From Acidilobaceae archaeon (GTDB lineage: Archaea; Thermoproteota; Thermoprotei_A; Sulfolobales; Acidilobaceae), in the NCBI GenBank assembly GCA_038824665.1, contig JAWBBK010000001.1, positions 389,844 through 453,843 of the forward strand: a stretch of DNA of 64,000 nt, given 5' to 3'. This document shows positions 37,256 to 49,404 of the stretch, one piece after another. The notes under the pieces are model-generated. The model did no database searches. It saw only the letters and a program-made list of their open reading frames with translations, and was not told the origin of the DNA. The first letter of the stretch is position 1; every line of letters starts with the position of its first letter. Both the position numbers and the translations under genes were made by a program.

Positions 37256-39172
37256 TTGTTCGTGCATTCCGGAGGGCCTCTACACGAGATTTTAGAAACT
37301 GTGGCTAAGTGTTTGAACTCGCTTTATGGAGTTAGCGAAGACCAGTTCTTAAAGCTGATCTCAGAGCCTCCAAAAAAAGAGCTAGGAGATCTCGGCTTTC
37401 CTTTGCTTAGATTTGTTAAAAACCCCTCTATAGAGTCCATTCTTGAATGTATAGACAAAAAGAGAAACTATGTAGAGCTGAGAGTTGAGGGAGGCTTTCT
37501 CAACATCTACCTAAAAGAAGAAGTAGTAGGTAGAGAGCTAGCTCGTCTATACTCCGAAGGCGTGAGGCTAGGTGTAATCAAAACGCGTGAGTCCAAAAGG
37601 ATAACGGTAGAGCATACGAGCGCCAATCCTGTACATCCTCTTCACATGGGTCACGCTAGAAACGCTTGTCTCGGAGACTCTATAGCTCGTATGCTCTCGT
37701 CTAGAGGTCATAAAGTAGTAAGAAGGTTTTACATAAACGATATGGGAAGACAAGTCGCCGTTCTGGCCTTAGGTTTCAAGATAATCGGAATGAGTCCTGA
37801 AGAGCTCAGCGATAAGTTGAAGCTAAAGATAGACCATGCAGCCGGTTGGCTTTACGCTGTAACCCATACCGCTATAGACCTCAGAGACGCTAAAAAGATA
37901 GGAGATGAAAACAGAGTTCTAGAACTAGCGTCTGTTCTCTCGAACCTAAAAGATAAAGGAGATCCGAGTCTAGCAGACAGAGTAATAGATTACGTGTTGA
38001 GTTCTGAGAACCCCGAGAGAGAGATTTCAGAAATAATGAAAAGATATGAGAGAGGTCTCGAACCGGAGAAGACGATGATAAGGAAGGTCTCTGAAGCAGT
38101 GTTGAAAGGGTTTCAAGAGACGCTCTCTAAACTTTACATAAGTTTCGACTACTGGGATTGGGAAAGCGATATAGTTTGGAGCGGACTCCTAGCTGAAGTT
38201 CTTGAAGAATTGCTGAAAAGCAAATACATTATAAGTCATAAAGACGCCAAAGCAGTAGACGTTATGCGTGTGCTCAAAGAAGCCATAGAGAAAAACCCTG
38301 AGGTTGTTGAAAAGCTGAAAATTCCTACGAGACTTGAGATACCTCCTATGATACTCATGAGAAGCGATGGAACAACTCTTTATTGGACGCGCGATATAGC
38401 GTATAGTTTGTTTAAGTTCAAAAACGCACAAGCCGATATGGTCGTAAACGTTGTAGGCGCTGAACAAAAGCTTCCACAACTCCAGATCAGGCTAGCGCTG
38501 ATGGCCATAGAGAGAGTCCGTGAAGCCTTAAACATGATTCACTACGATTACGAGATCGTAAGGCTTCCTGGAACTCGAATGAGTGGTAGAAGAGGAGAAT
38601 ATGTCACTTTAGATTCTGTAATAGATGAAGTTAGAACGAGAGCGCTAAGAGAAGTTCGCCTAAGAAACCCTAGCCTCAGCGAAGAGGAAGCTAGACTCAT
38701 AGCTGAGAAAGTGGCTTGCGGAGCAATCAGATTTGCTTTGATTCAAGCAGGTGCTACAAAGCCTATAGTGTTCGATGTAGAAAAAGCTCTAGACTTCGAA
38801 GCCAATAGCGGACCCTATCTTCAATATTCTTATGCTAGAGCATGTAACATTTTAGCTAAACATGGACCTGTGGACTATGGAGCTGTGAATCCTTCTGCTT
38901 TCAAGAATGAAGCTAGAAGAGAACTGCTTCTGCTAGCTCTAAGATTTCCCATAGTTGCCACTAAAGCGATAGACGAGCTGAGACCTGAAGACCTAGCCTC
39001 TTTTTTGATAAGGTTGGCTGATAGCTTTAACAAGTGGTATGAAAAGGATTCAGTAATAAGAGAGCCAGACTACGGAACTAGAGAAGCCAAAGCTTTACTC
39101 GTTGAGATTATAAAGGACGTGATGAAAGAAGGACTTGAGGTCTTAGGTATACCACCTCTTGAAAGAATGTAA
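37256..39172 (+). CDS. argS: Arginine--tRNA ligase
   Basis: EHTSANPVHPLHMGHARN, RSDGTTLY, MSGRRG, GPYLQYSYARA, PLERM. Confidence 0.96.
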   Translation: MFVHSGGPLHEILETVAKCLNSLYGVSEDQFLKLISEPPKKELGDLGFPLLRFVKNPSIESILECIDKKRNYVELRVEGGFLNIYLKEEVVGRELARLYSEGVRLGVIKTRESKRITVEHTSANPVHPLHMGHARNACLGDSIARMLSSRGHKVVRRFYINDMGRQVAVLALGFKIIGMSPEELSDKLKLKIDHAAGWLYAVTHTAIDLRDAKKIGDENRVLELASVLSNLKDKGDPSLADRVIDYVLSSENPEREISEIMKRYERGLEPEKTMIRKVSEAVLKGFQETLSKLYISFDYWDWESDIVWSGLLAEVLEELLKSKYIISHKDAKAVDVMRVLKEAIEKNPEVVEKLKIPTRLEIPPMILMRSDGTTLYWTRDIAYSLFKFKNAQADMVVNVVGAEQKLPQLQIRLALMAIERVREALNMIHYDYEIVRLPGTRMSGRRGEYVTLDSVIDEVRTRALREVRLRNPSLSEEEARLIAEKVACGAIRFALIQAGATKPIVFDVEKALDFEANSGPYLQYSYARACNILAKHGPVDYGAVNPSAFKNEARRELLLLALRFPIVATKAIDELRPEDLASFLIRLADSFNKWYEKDSVIREPDYGTREAKALLVEIIKDVMKEGLEVLGIPPLERM

Positions 39173-39318
39173 CGTAGTACCTTCTCGACTCTAAGAAAAC
39201 CGCTACTGAAAAGAGTCAACGGTCTCTATGTAATATTAACGCGACTCTCTGAGAAAGGCTTGGTGCTGTATGCTTTGGGGAGACGCTAACCCAGCTGAAA
39301 AATAAATTAAAGGAGAGA

Positions 39319-40470
39319 TTGAAGATCCAAACTGAAATAATGCTTGGAATAGCTGGAGCACTGATAACGTATTTGGTTAGTATCACGTTGCTCGCTTATA
39401 CCTACCCGCTAATCCGAGGAGCTAAAGAAGCTCTAGCCCTTCTGCCTGCAATTAGCGATATAAGAGGAGACATACTAGGGTCTTCAGCATCTAGAATGAT
39501 CACATCACTCCACCTGGGGCTTCTGAAACCGTCAGCGTCTGAACTAACGAAGTCTGAAGCGCTCAACGTAATGGCTGCTGTTACAACCACAAGCGTTCTG
39601 ATATCTTTAGTTATAGTTGGATGGTACGCTCTACTTCATGCAGAGTTCCTCGATGTAAACATGACGATATCTATAAGCTTTTTGGCATCTCTGATCATAG
39701 TCGTCACTGCGCTTCCAGGAATAGCTCTAGCTATCTCAAGATTGTTCGCTCTAGGCATCGACCCCGGTAACATTATGCCAACTTTAGTAACTGTGTTTGT
39801 AGACCTCATCTCTATTCCTTCGATCGCGCTCGTATATGCGATTCTCTCTCGAAGTCCTCACGTCCTCTTAGCAGTAGCCTCCCTTCTCTTTGCGACTTTC
39901 TCCGTGACTGCCGCTGTGTTTGTAACGCTCTACGGAGGGATTCAAGCCAGAATATTTAAAGAGAGGTTGAGCATTGTGATTTTAATCCTGACCGGAGAGT
40001 CAATAGCAGGCGTTCTCTTAGCTAGTCTAGAAGAAAAGCTAGCTGAAGCCGGACTGATTCATATAGCGCTAGCGTTCGTTGGGATCTCAGGAGCTTTAGC
40101 TAGCGTTGCCGGTCTGAGAATGGCTCTCTACGTCTACGTACATGGCTTTAAAGGGCTCGATCGAATTGCCTTCTGGTCATTCTTAGACATAGCGTCTGTA
40201 GGAGTCGTGTCAACACTTCCGCTTGGGCTTATAGGGTACTTCACAGCGGGAGGAGAGATTCAAAAAACTCCGCTCCTCACTCTAATCGCGGTTTTGCTCA
40301 CGTCTACAGTAATTACCCTCTTATTAGTAACGCCTATCGCGTATCTCTTGGTTAGACTTTCTTTTACTTTAAGAGTGATGCCCGAAAACGTGCTACTTCC
40401 CACGTTAACGACGTTTATAGATATCGTTGGAATAATAATTCTGTCTACGCTGGGAATCTGGATTACATAG
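39319..40470 (+). CDS. MgtE/SLC41-type divalent cation transporter
   Basis: LLPAISDIRG, IDPGNIMPTLVTVFVDL and PENVLLPTLTTFIDIVG duplicated MgtE membrane motifs. Confidence 0.75.
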   Translation: MKIQTEIMLGIAGALITYLVSITLLAYTYPLIRGAKEALALLPAISDIRGDILGSSASRMITSLHLGLLKPSASELTKSEALNVMAAVTTTSVLISLVIVGWYALLHAEFLDVNMTISISFLASLIIVVTALPGIALAISRLFALGIDPGNIMPTLVTVFVDLISIPSIALVYAILSRSPHVLLAVASLLFATFSVTAAVFVTLYGGIQARIFKERLSIVILILTGESIAGVLLASLEEKLAEAGLIHIALAFVGISGALASVAGLRMALYVYVHGFKGLDRIAFWSFLDIASVGVVSTLPLGLIGYFTAGGEIQKTPLLTLIAVLLTSTVITLLLVTPIAYLLVRLSFTLRVMPENVLLPTLTTFIDIVGIIILSTLGIWIT

Positions 40471-40652
40471 CATCAGGAGGTCTATGAGAAGGCTTAATCT
40501 AAAGATCTCTGAACTTCATGTCACTAAGCCTCTTCTATTGATTACGTTAAGAATATGGACAAGTTTTAACGTCAGTGAGAAGCTTTTCAATAGTTACTAA
40601 TATAGAAGTCATTTAAACTTAGGACATTAATTTATGTAGAACGGCGAGAGAT

Positions 40653-42092
40653 ATGGAACTCAAACGGATAGATAAGTACCTTTGGATGATCCCAGCTAAG
40701 GCTAAGCCCTGTATGACACTACCTGCCATGATCTATGCAGACGACTTCTTAGTCTCAAAGATGAAAGAAGATTTGACTTTAGACCAAGCAGCTAACGTAG
40801 CCTGTCTTCCTGGAGTCTTGAAGTACAGCATTGTAATGCCTGACGGTCATCAAGGCTACGGGTTCCCCATAGGTGGAGTCGCAGCTATGGATATCGAAAA
40901 TGGAGGTGTGATAAGCCCTGGAGGCATAGGTTATGACATCAACTGCGGAGTTAGAGTAATGAGAACTAACATGACTGAGAAAGAGGTCAGACCTAAGATA
41001 AAGGAGCTAGTCGATCTCCTTTTCAAGAACGTACCGAGCGGTGTAGGTAGCACTGGAAAAGTCAAACTAAGCGCAGGAGAGCTAAACAGAGTTCTAGAAG
41101 AAGGAGCTAAATGGGCTGTAGAAAAAGGATATGGATGGCCCGAAGACCTGGATTTCCTAGAAGAGAAAGGAGCTATGACTGTAGCTGATGCAAGCGCAGT
41201 AAGCGATAGAGCCAAAGCTAGAGGAGCCGAACAACTAGGGACTCTAGGTAGCGGAAACCACTTCTTAGAGGTTCAAGTAGTAGACAAAATCTTCGATGAA
41301 CGGATCGCTAAAGTCTTCGGTCTCTTTGAGGGACAGGTCGTTTTGATGGTTCATACAGGAAGCAGAGGACTCGGACATCAAGTAGCCAGCGATTACCTCG
41401 TAGTTATGGAGAGAGCGATGAAGAAATACGGTATAAACGTACCAGATAGAGAGCTCGCTGCTGTTCCGTTCTACAGCGATGAAGGTCAGAAGTACTTTAA
41501 GGCCATGGCAGCTGCTGCCAATTTCGCCTGGGCCAACAGACAGATGATATCTCATTGGGTTAGAGAGAGCTTCAAAGCTGTATTTCATGAAGATCCCGAT
41601 AAGCTAGATCTAAGCGTGATATACGATGTAGCTCACAACATAGCCAAGGTCGAGGAACACGTGGTAGAAGGAAAGAAGCTAAAAGTCCTAGTCCACAGGA
41701 AAGGCGCTACACGAGCGTTTCCTCCAGGCGCTTCAGAAATACCTGCAAGATATAGAGAAGTAGGTCAACCAGTTCTGATACCCGGTAGCATGGGTACAGC
41801 TAGCTATATCTTAGCCGGTATTCCCGAAGGCTCTAAGGTCTGGTATACAGCACCTCATGGAGCAGGCAGGTGGATGAGTAGAGCAGGAGCCAAGAGGTCT
41901 AGGTCTTATAAAGAAATACTTGGAGAGCTTCAGAGCAAAGGGATATATCTCAAAGCTACATCTGTCGAGACAGTAGTAGAGGAAGCTCCAGAAGCATATA
42001 AAGACGTTGATAAGGTGGTCGAAGTAGCTCACGAAGCTGGTATAGCTAAGCTAGTAGCCAGGATGAGACCTATTGGAGTCACGAAGGGCTAA
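40653..42092 (+). CDS. rtcB: tRNA-splicing/RNA repair ligase RtcB
   Basis: MPDGHQGYGFPIGG, GYDINCG, GSGNHF, HRKGAT, PGSMG, HGAGR, EEAPEAYK. Confidence 0.97.
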   Translation: MELKRIDKYLWMIPAKAKPCMTLPAMIYADDFLVSKMKEDLTLDQAANVACLPGVLKYSIVMPDGHQGYGFPIGGVAAMDIENGGVISPGGIGYDINCGVRVMRTNMTEKEVRPKIKELVDLLFKNVPSGVGSTGKVKLSAGELNRVLEEGAKWAVEKGYGWPEDLDFLEEKGAMTVADASAVSDRAKARGAEQLGTLGSGNHFLEVQVVDKIFDERIAKVFGLFEGQVVLMVHTGSRGLGHQVASDYLVVMERAMKKYGINVPDRELAAVPFYSDEGQKYFKAMAAAANFAWANRQMISHWVRESFKAVFHEDPDKLDLSVIYDVAHNIAKVEEHVVEGKKLKVLVHRKGATRAFPPGASEIPARYREVGQPVLIPGSMGTASYILAGIPEGSKVWYTAPHGAGRWMSRAGAKRSRSYKEILGELQSKGIYLKATSVETVVEEAPEAYKDVDKVVEVAHEAGIAKLVARMRPIGVTKG

Positions 42093-42593
42093 GAGGAGTT
42101 CAGCATAGGTCTCAGCTACGTAATCCTCTTTTCTCAAGCTCAACTCTCGAGCTATAGTTTCTATCTCGTTAAGACCTCCTTCTATTTCTATAAAACAGCC
42201 AAGTCCATCTACTTCATCTAAGCTGATCTCGACTCCGTTCTTCCCGTAAGATCTTCTCTTCTTAATGACCACGATCGCGCTCCTAAATCCTAAAGCCTCC
42301 AATATCTCGCGAAGAGAGTTCTCGTCGGCTACTACCGTAGTCAGTTCAAGTCTTCCTTTATAGTCGAGCGACTTCTCTCGAGGACCTTTGTAGGTGAGTT
42401 CTATTACTCCATCTCCTCTTTGTCTTATTCTCAAAGCTTCGTCGGTAACCAAGAAGTTTCTACATGGATGCTGGTAGTACTCGTCGACCTCTATCCACTC
42501 TTTGGTTTTTTTAAAGCCTAAAGCTTCGAGCTTTTGAGCTATAGAGTTAAGGCTTTCACACTTTACTCTATACTTAGCTTCTACTTCCATCAA
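42051..42593 (-). CDS. cyaB: CYTH-domain protein (class IV adenylate cyclase-like)
   Basis: EVEAKY, DEYY, ALRIR, LTYKGP, LDEVDGLGCFIEIE, TYAEL. Confidence 0.88.
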   Translation of the reverse strand: MMEVEAKYRVKCESLNSIAQKLEALGFKKTKEWIEVDEYYQHPCRNFLVTDEALRIRQRGDGVIELTYKGPREKSLDYKGRLELTTVVADENSLREILEALGFRSAIVVIKKRRSYGKNGVEISLDEVDGLGCFIEIEGGLNEIETIARELSLRKEDYVAETYAELLLALRDSNRSHPGY

Positions 42594-42601
42594 GAAAAAG
42601 G

Positions 42602-44818
<2,217 letters not shown>

Positions 44819-44860
44819 ATGAGGTCTACCGTCCTCGCTGTTCAGAGTGGAGCTGAAGTT

Positions 44861-44911
44861 AAATAGATAGAAATAGATAGAAGCTATATGAGTTTTTAAC
44901 CATAACTCATA
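44861..44911. promoter_or_regulatory. Putative operator in the divergent cdc48/ribH promoter
   Basis: AAATAGATAG x2 (44861-44880) and inverted repeat TATGAGTT-N9-AACTCATA (44887-44911). Confidence 0.45.
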
Positions 44912-45008
44912 ACTCCAGACAGCTCAATTTATTAGTAGCGTCTTAGAGTAAAACGTTGAGATTTAGAGATTTAAGGAACGAAGAACTTGGGGATTAGAGG
45001 GTTAGAAC

Positions 45009-45467
45009 TTGGGTAACGTAAGACTAGCTATAGTAGTTTCAGAATTCAACTATGATGTAACCAAGATCATGCTAGAGAAAGCTCTATCTCATGCCAAGTT
45101 TCTCGGAGCCACAGTTGTTTTGGTCTTTAAAGCGCCTGGAGTATTCGACACTCCATATGCAGTAGATCAAATAGCTAAGCTAGAACACGTAGACGCCGTA
45201 GTGGTCTTAGGAGCAGTGATCAAAGGCGAGACCTCTCATGATGAGGTAGTAGCTCATCAAGCAGCTAGGAAGCTTCTTGATATAGGGGTAGCGCACGGTA
45301 AGCCAGTAGCTCTAGGAGTAATAGGACCTAACGCTTCGAGACTTCAAGCTTTAGAGAGAGCTGAAGAGTACGCTAGAAGAGCTGTGGAAGCAGCTGTGAA
45401 AATGGCTAAAAGGCTGAACGAGCTGAAGAAAGCCTCCTATACAGGAGAGACCTTAGTTATCGAATAA
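45009..45467 (+). CDS. ribH: 6,7-dimethyl-8-ribityllumazine synthase
   Basis: AIVVSEFN, PGVFDTP, LGAVIKGETSHD, KPVALGVIGP. Confidence 0.94.
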   Translation: MGNVRLAIVVSEFNYDVTKIMLEKALSHAKFLGATVVLVFKAPGVFDTPYAVDQIAKLEHVDAVVVLGAVIKGETSHDEVVAHQAARKLLDIGVAHGKPVALGVIGPNASRLQALERAEEYARRAVEAAVKMAKRLNELKKASYTGETLVIE

Positions 45468-45482
45468 CTATAGGGGTCTTCG

Positions 45483-46241
45483 TTGAGACTCTCTGAACGT
45501 TATACCAGAGTGATTTTATTAGAACTCTACGGCTTTAGAAAGTGGACTGAGAGTCTAGGTCCTCTCAGAGAATGGAAAATCCAGGACGTTCAGACAGAAG
45601 TTTATAGAACTCTTCAGAAAGTCTCTGAAAGATTGGGTTTCTTCGCTTTACCGAGCAGATATGACTATGAGGTAATCCTAGCTCCTAACGCTGAACCTCA
45701 AGACCTCTCTGAATTGCTTGAAGCTGTCAAAGCCGTTGCGCCAACTCCCGTAAGGATGGCTTCTGTCTGTGGAGAGACTCCTCGGAACTCAGAGAAAGAG
45801 TCCTTCAGGTCATTGCTTGAGACTTCTCTCGGGTCGTTTCACTTTAGGAAGTGTAAAAAGCCAGAGGCTATCGCTCTCGCTCATATAGATTTCAACAACA
45901 TCACCTACTACACAGAAATGAGTAGTCCTCTAGAATCAGTAATGTTGTTTACTGAAATCTACGTTAAGATCTCAAGACTTGCCTTCGAGCACGGAGGCAT
46001 ACCGGCATATCTCGGCGGAGATAACATTCTGGTAGTTCTTCCTCCCGATGACCCAACAATAGCGGTTTCGAAGTTCCTAGACGTAGCCGACATCAAGATA
46101 GGTGTAGGAGTTGCAGAAAGAGCGAAAGAGGCTCTGAAGCTAGCCACTGAAGCCTTAGACGAGGTTAGAGAAAGCTTTTCAAAGAGACGTGCTTTAGTGA
46201 AGAACTCATTAACCACTTCGGAAAGGCAGACCCGCTTATAG
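45483..46241 (+). CDS. gch3: GTP cyclohydrolase III (IIa)
   Basis: WTESLGPLREWKIQ, RYD, AHIDFNN, YLGGDN, KIGVG. Confidence 0.85.
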   Translation: MRLSERYTRVILLELYGFRKWTESLGPLREWKIQDVQTEVYRTLQKVSERLGFFALPSRYDYEVILAPNAEPQDLSELLEAVKAVAPTPVRMASVCGETPRNSEKESFRSLLETSLGSFHFRKCKKPEAIALAHIDFNNITYYTEMSSPLESVMLFTEIYVKISRLAFEHGGIPAYLGGDNILVVLPPDDPTIAVSKFLDVADIKIGVGVAERAKEALKLATEALDEVRESFSKRRALVKNSLTTSERQTRL

Positions 46242-46258
46242 CTTCAGAGAGTTCCTAC

Positions 46259-46963
46259 ATGATGATCTGGAGGAGAGGTTTGGACTCTGAGGAGGAAGTA
46301 ATAATCAAGCTTAGTCTTCCAAAAAGCGAGTATGAGAGATTAAGAGCACTAGCTAAATCAAGAGACTATACCACAGTATCTGAATATGTAAAAGAGGTCC
46401 TAAGAACTCTAGTAAAAGAAGGTCCTCAAGCTGAACCATCTTTAGAGACAGAACAGGTAGCCAAAAGGTTAGAAAGAATGGTAGCCGATCTGTTAAATCC
46501 TTTCACAGCCAAGATAGACGAAGTCTTGAGAAGACTCTCACATATTCAAGAGCTGCTAGAGACGAGCAGAACTCCCGAAGAAGCCAGAGCTGAAGCTGAG
46601 GTTCCACCAACAACCAAAAGGACTTTTACAGCTATCGAGAGACTAAAGAGAGAAGGAGTTGTCTTCAGTGAAGACGTTAGATGGTTGAGAGCTCCAGAGA
46701 AGTTTTTCGAGAGACTAAAGAGAGAAGGAGCAGTTGTCATTGAAAGAGGTCAAGAAAAGATAGCTATAGACAAAGACTTCTGGAAGAGGTTTCTTGAAGA
46801 AGTGAGGAACATAAGTGTCTCAAATGCTGATGAAGCTGCTGAACTGATAGGTATGAGTCTAGGTGAAGGAGGAGCTAAGCTCTTCAAGAAGTTGACTAAA
46901 CTAGGTCTGCTAGTATACGATGAAGACGGTGGCGAGTGGATATCGAGAGTTCAAGAAAGCTAG
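46259..46963 (+). CDS. RHH/CopG-family protein with coiled coil and C-terminal WH-like region
   Basis: IIKLSLPKSEYERLRALAKSRDYTTVSEYV RHH; internal ERLKREG repeat. Confidence 0.7.
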   Translation: MMIWRRGLDSEEEVIIKLSLPKSEYERLRALAKSRDYTTVSEYVKEVLRTLVKEGPQAEPSLETEQVAKRLERMVADLLNPFTAKIDEVLRRLSHIQELLETSRTPEEARAEAEVPPTTKRTFTAIERLKREGVVFSEDVRWLRAPEKFFERLKREGAVVIERGQEKIAIDKDFWKRFLEEVRNISVSNADEAAELIGMSLGEGGAKLFKKLTKLGLLVYDEDGGEWISRVQES

Positions 46964-47430
46964 AGAGGACCTACGTCTGGTCTCCCTTGCCTTATCCCCA
47001 TGCCAGCTTTTGGTGTTAGAGCTTCGAAACCGCCTTTGAGAAGCACAACCAGATTCTTAGCATGCGCCTTGGCTCTCTCTATAGCTATGGTTTTGAGTTC
47101 TTGAGGGCTCTCGGCTTCGTCTTCATGAACGGTCACGTCTATTAAGACCTTTCCAGTTAAGACTCCAAGAACGATCAGACCGACGCTAGAAGCGAGATAA
47201 CTATACTTATCGATCTGATGAGAACCTACCCATCCTAGCGTAATGACCCCTTCGCACCCTAGGTCTATTAGTCTTCTCGCCGCAGCAGGAATGTCCTTAA
47301 TCCCGGGCACAGTGTGTCTTAATATCTTGTAGCCTGGCAACTCTTTCTCAAGAACCTCGATAACGTAACGAGCCATGTCTACTCTAGCGAAAGTAGTGTC
47401 AACTACGCCAACACACTTCATTGTTCTCAC
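46960..47430 (-). CDS. ribC: Archaeal riboflavin synthase
   Basis: GVVDTTFARVDM, TVPGIKDIP, LGWVG, VTVHEDE, GMGIRQG. Confidence 0.92.
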   Translation of the reverse strand: MRTMKCVGVVDTTFARVDMARYVIEVLEKELPGYKILRHTVPGIKDIPAAARRLIDLGCEGVITLGWVGSHQIDKYSYLASSVGLIVLGVLTGKVLIDVTVHEDEAESPQELKTIAIERAKAHAKNLVVLLKGGFEALTPKAGMGIRQGRPDVGPL

Positions 47431-48088
47431 ACCACTTTAAAATCTCTGCTCCTTTAACTATAGGTATCTTCCTCCTAGAAGCTAACTCCTTCGCCTCTTC
47501 GAAAGTAGCAGATCTTCCTCTAACCAGTATCTCAGCGAACGTCGCACTCGGTCTTAGCTCTAAGAGTTTGAAGAGAGTTACTACGAGCTCTGTGTGACCT
47601 CTTCTTTCTCTCAAGCTCTTCGAAGCTAAGATAGGAACGTGACCTGGAGATATGAACTCAGAGTAGAACTTCACTTTAGCCTCTTCAACTTTCCCACTAT
47701 AGAATAGCCTAGAAACCTCGTCAAGAGATCTTATAGTCAGGCTTCTATCTATATCGCTTATCCCGGTCCTGACATGAATATTATTAACCCAGACCGTGAA
47801 GGCGGGCCTATCGCCATATCTAAGAGTTTTTGAAGCTAGAACCTTTAAAGAGTTCCAAGAGCTAAGGATCTCGTATGCCCATGGGATGCCGAGATTCTTC
47901 GTTAGCAGGCTTTCGGTTACGTAGCAGATCAGTCCTCCAGCTTCTGTTCTGAGCTCATAAATCTGATCTGGGCCAATGAGCCAAGCAGGATAGACTAGAT
48001 CAGCTTCTCCTTCTCTCTCCTCGAAGTCGTAAACAATTACCGGATTTCCCGAGAGAAGAGCTTCACCGACCTCTTTTAGCGAAGCCAA
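47399..48088 (-). CDS. ribB: 3,4-dihydroxy-2-butanone-4-phosphate synthase
   Basis: YDFEEREGEAD, AGGLIC, RTGISDIDR, PGHV, RRGHTE. Confidence 0.92.
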   Translation of the reverse strand: MASLKEVGEALLSGNPVIVYDFEEREGEADLVYPAWLIGPDQIYELRTEAGGLICYVTESLLTKNLGIPWAYEILSSWNSLKVLASKTLRYGDRPAFTVWVNNIHVRTGISDIDRSLTIRSLDEVSRLFYSGKVEEAKVKFYSEFISPGHVPILASKSLRERRGHTELVVTLFKLLELRPSATFAEILVRGRSATFEEAKELASRRKIPIVKGAEILKWCENNEVCWRS

Positions 48089-48233
48089 CTTCTACCACCA
48101 AGCTTAAGATGAAAACCGCTAAAAGAAACGCTAGTATGGCTAACGATACCAGCTCTCCTAGAACATGTCTCCACTCTACGGAGAGATCGAGAGGACTAGG
48201 AGGTTCTTCTTGAAGGAGTTCTAGTTTAATCAA
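48063..48233 (-). CDS. Small single-pass membrane protein (56 aa, absent from the ORF track)
   Basis: TTG-IKLELLQEEPPSPLDLSVEWRHVLGELVSLAILAFLLAVFILSLVVEVGFAKRGR*; overlaps the upstream ORF end and the ribB start. Confidence 0.55.
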   Translation of the reverse strand: MIKLELLQEEPPSPLDLSVEWRHVLGELVSLAILAFLLAVFILSLVVEVGFAKRGR

Positions 48234-48414
48234 TCCTCTCTACCACGATTACACAATCTCTAGGCAACGCTCCACTCATAGCTAGCTCTTCTGGTTTAGC
48301 TATTATCGCTATATCTTCTGCACAGATCCGTGAACACTCGCTGAGCCCTCCGCATTCCTCTGATCTGACGATCTTTACCTCATCTCTCAAGAACCAAAAG
48401 CTTCCTGTAGACAA
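48226..48414 (-). CDS. Small hypothetical Cys-containing protein
   Basis: 62-aa ORF heading the ribB-ribC run. Confidence 0.5.
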   Translation of the reverse strand: MSTGSFWFLRDEVKIVRSEECGGLSECSRICAEDIAIIAKPEELAMSGALPRDCVIVVERID

Positions 48415-48511
48415 TACTGAACAATCCCCAAGTGAATATTAGGCTCTAGCTGAACCTTAAAGTTTAATTGAGACCTGCTGTCGCACAATCTGAACGAAAG
48501 AAGCAAAGAGA

Positions 48512-49324
48512 GTGATCGGATTGAATAAAAGAAAGATAGTTGACGTCAAGAGACGCATAAACATCTTAATGGAAGTCTGGCAGAAGATAATCGAGATGTG
48601 GGAAGAGTCTGGAGGAGCTTTGACCAGAGACGATATAATTAGAGTGCTCTCAGAAGCTTACGAGAGAGAAAAGATATCTCCTATAAAAGGAGCCTCTAAT
48701 CCCAAGGACCTCTACGATAAAGAACTCACGAGTCTATATGTGGTAGGCAAGTATGGGATGGCTTTAGATGAAGAGTATCCAGACCTCTTCGACAAGATCT
48801 TCGTAGAGGAGTATAAGTATGAGAACGCTATATCCATACTTCTGTCTGACGAGCCTCACAAGGCTAAGGAAAGGATCAAGGTGCTCATGGGTAAAAACGT
48901 AGATGATAACGTTCTCGCTAGAGTGCTTAGAACCAAAATGGTTCAAGTCTATTTCGGGTTCGATAAAGACGAGTCTTTTCTTCAGTTAATCAACAAACTC
49001 AGAGAAGCCTTCCCTGAAAGAGAGAAAGTCATAAGCAACTACGCGAAATTCTACGTAGCGTTCAAGATAGCGGAAACGATCAGCAAGGGTGAGATAAGAG
49101 ATAAGATAACTAAAGAAGCTGTTAAGCATGCTCTAGCTTTAGAATTAGGTCTAACGAAAAAGAAGTTGCCAGATGACAATTACATCAAGGCTATAGCAAT
49201 AGAGGTTTTCAGAGTTGACCCCAAAACCTTACAAGGAGTGCTAGGCTCAGGCAAAAGTAAAGAGAGATCTTCAAGATTTAAAAAGTTCCGTGGAGAGAGA
49301 ACTCAAAGCTCTTCTGGCACGTAG
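48512..49324 (+). CDS. Conserved crenarchaeal protein (DUF2192-like)
   Basis: PIKG...DLYDKELTSLYVVGKYGM; family recalled from memory. Confidence 0.65.
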   Translation: MIGLNKRKIVDVKRRINILMEVWQKIIEMWEESGGALTRDDIIRVLSEAYEREKISPIKGASNPKDLYDKELTSLYVVGKYGMALDEEYPDLFDKIFVEEYKYENAISILLSDEPHKAKERIKVLMGKNVDDNVLARVLRTKMVQVYFGFDKDESFLQLINKLREAFPEREKVISNYAKFYVAFKIAETISKGEIRDKITKEAVKHALALELGLTKKKLPDDNYIKAIAIEVFRVDPKTLQGVLGSGKSKERSSRFKKFRGERTQSSSGT

Positions 49325-49404
49325 CTGGAGATCGTCGTTTTTGCGAGGATTTTTTACAAATTAAATTTTTAAAGCTCAAATCCAAAAAGCTAAAAAAAGG
49401 TGGT

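Noticed and set aside
39173-39318. Two CTGA motifs and short inverted repeats downstream of argS
   Set aside because: No acceptable C/C' boxes at guide spacing
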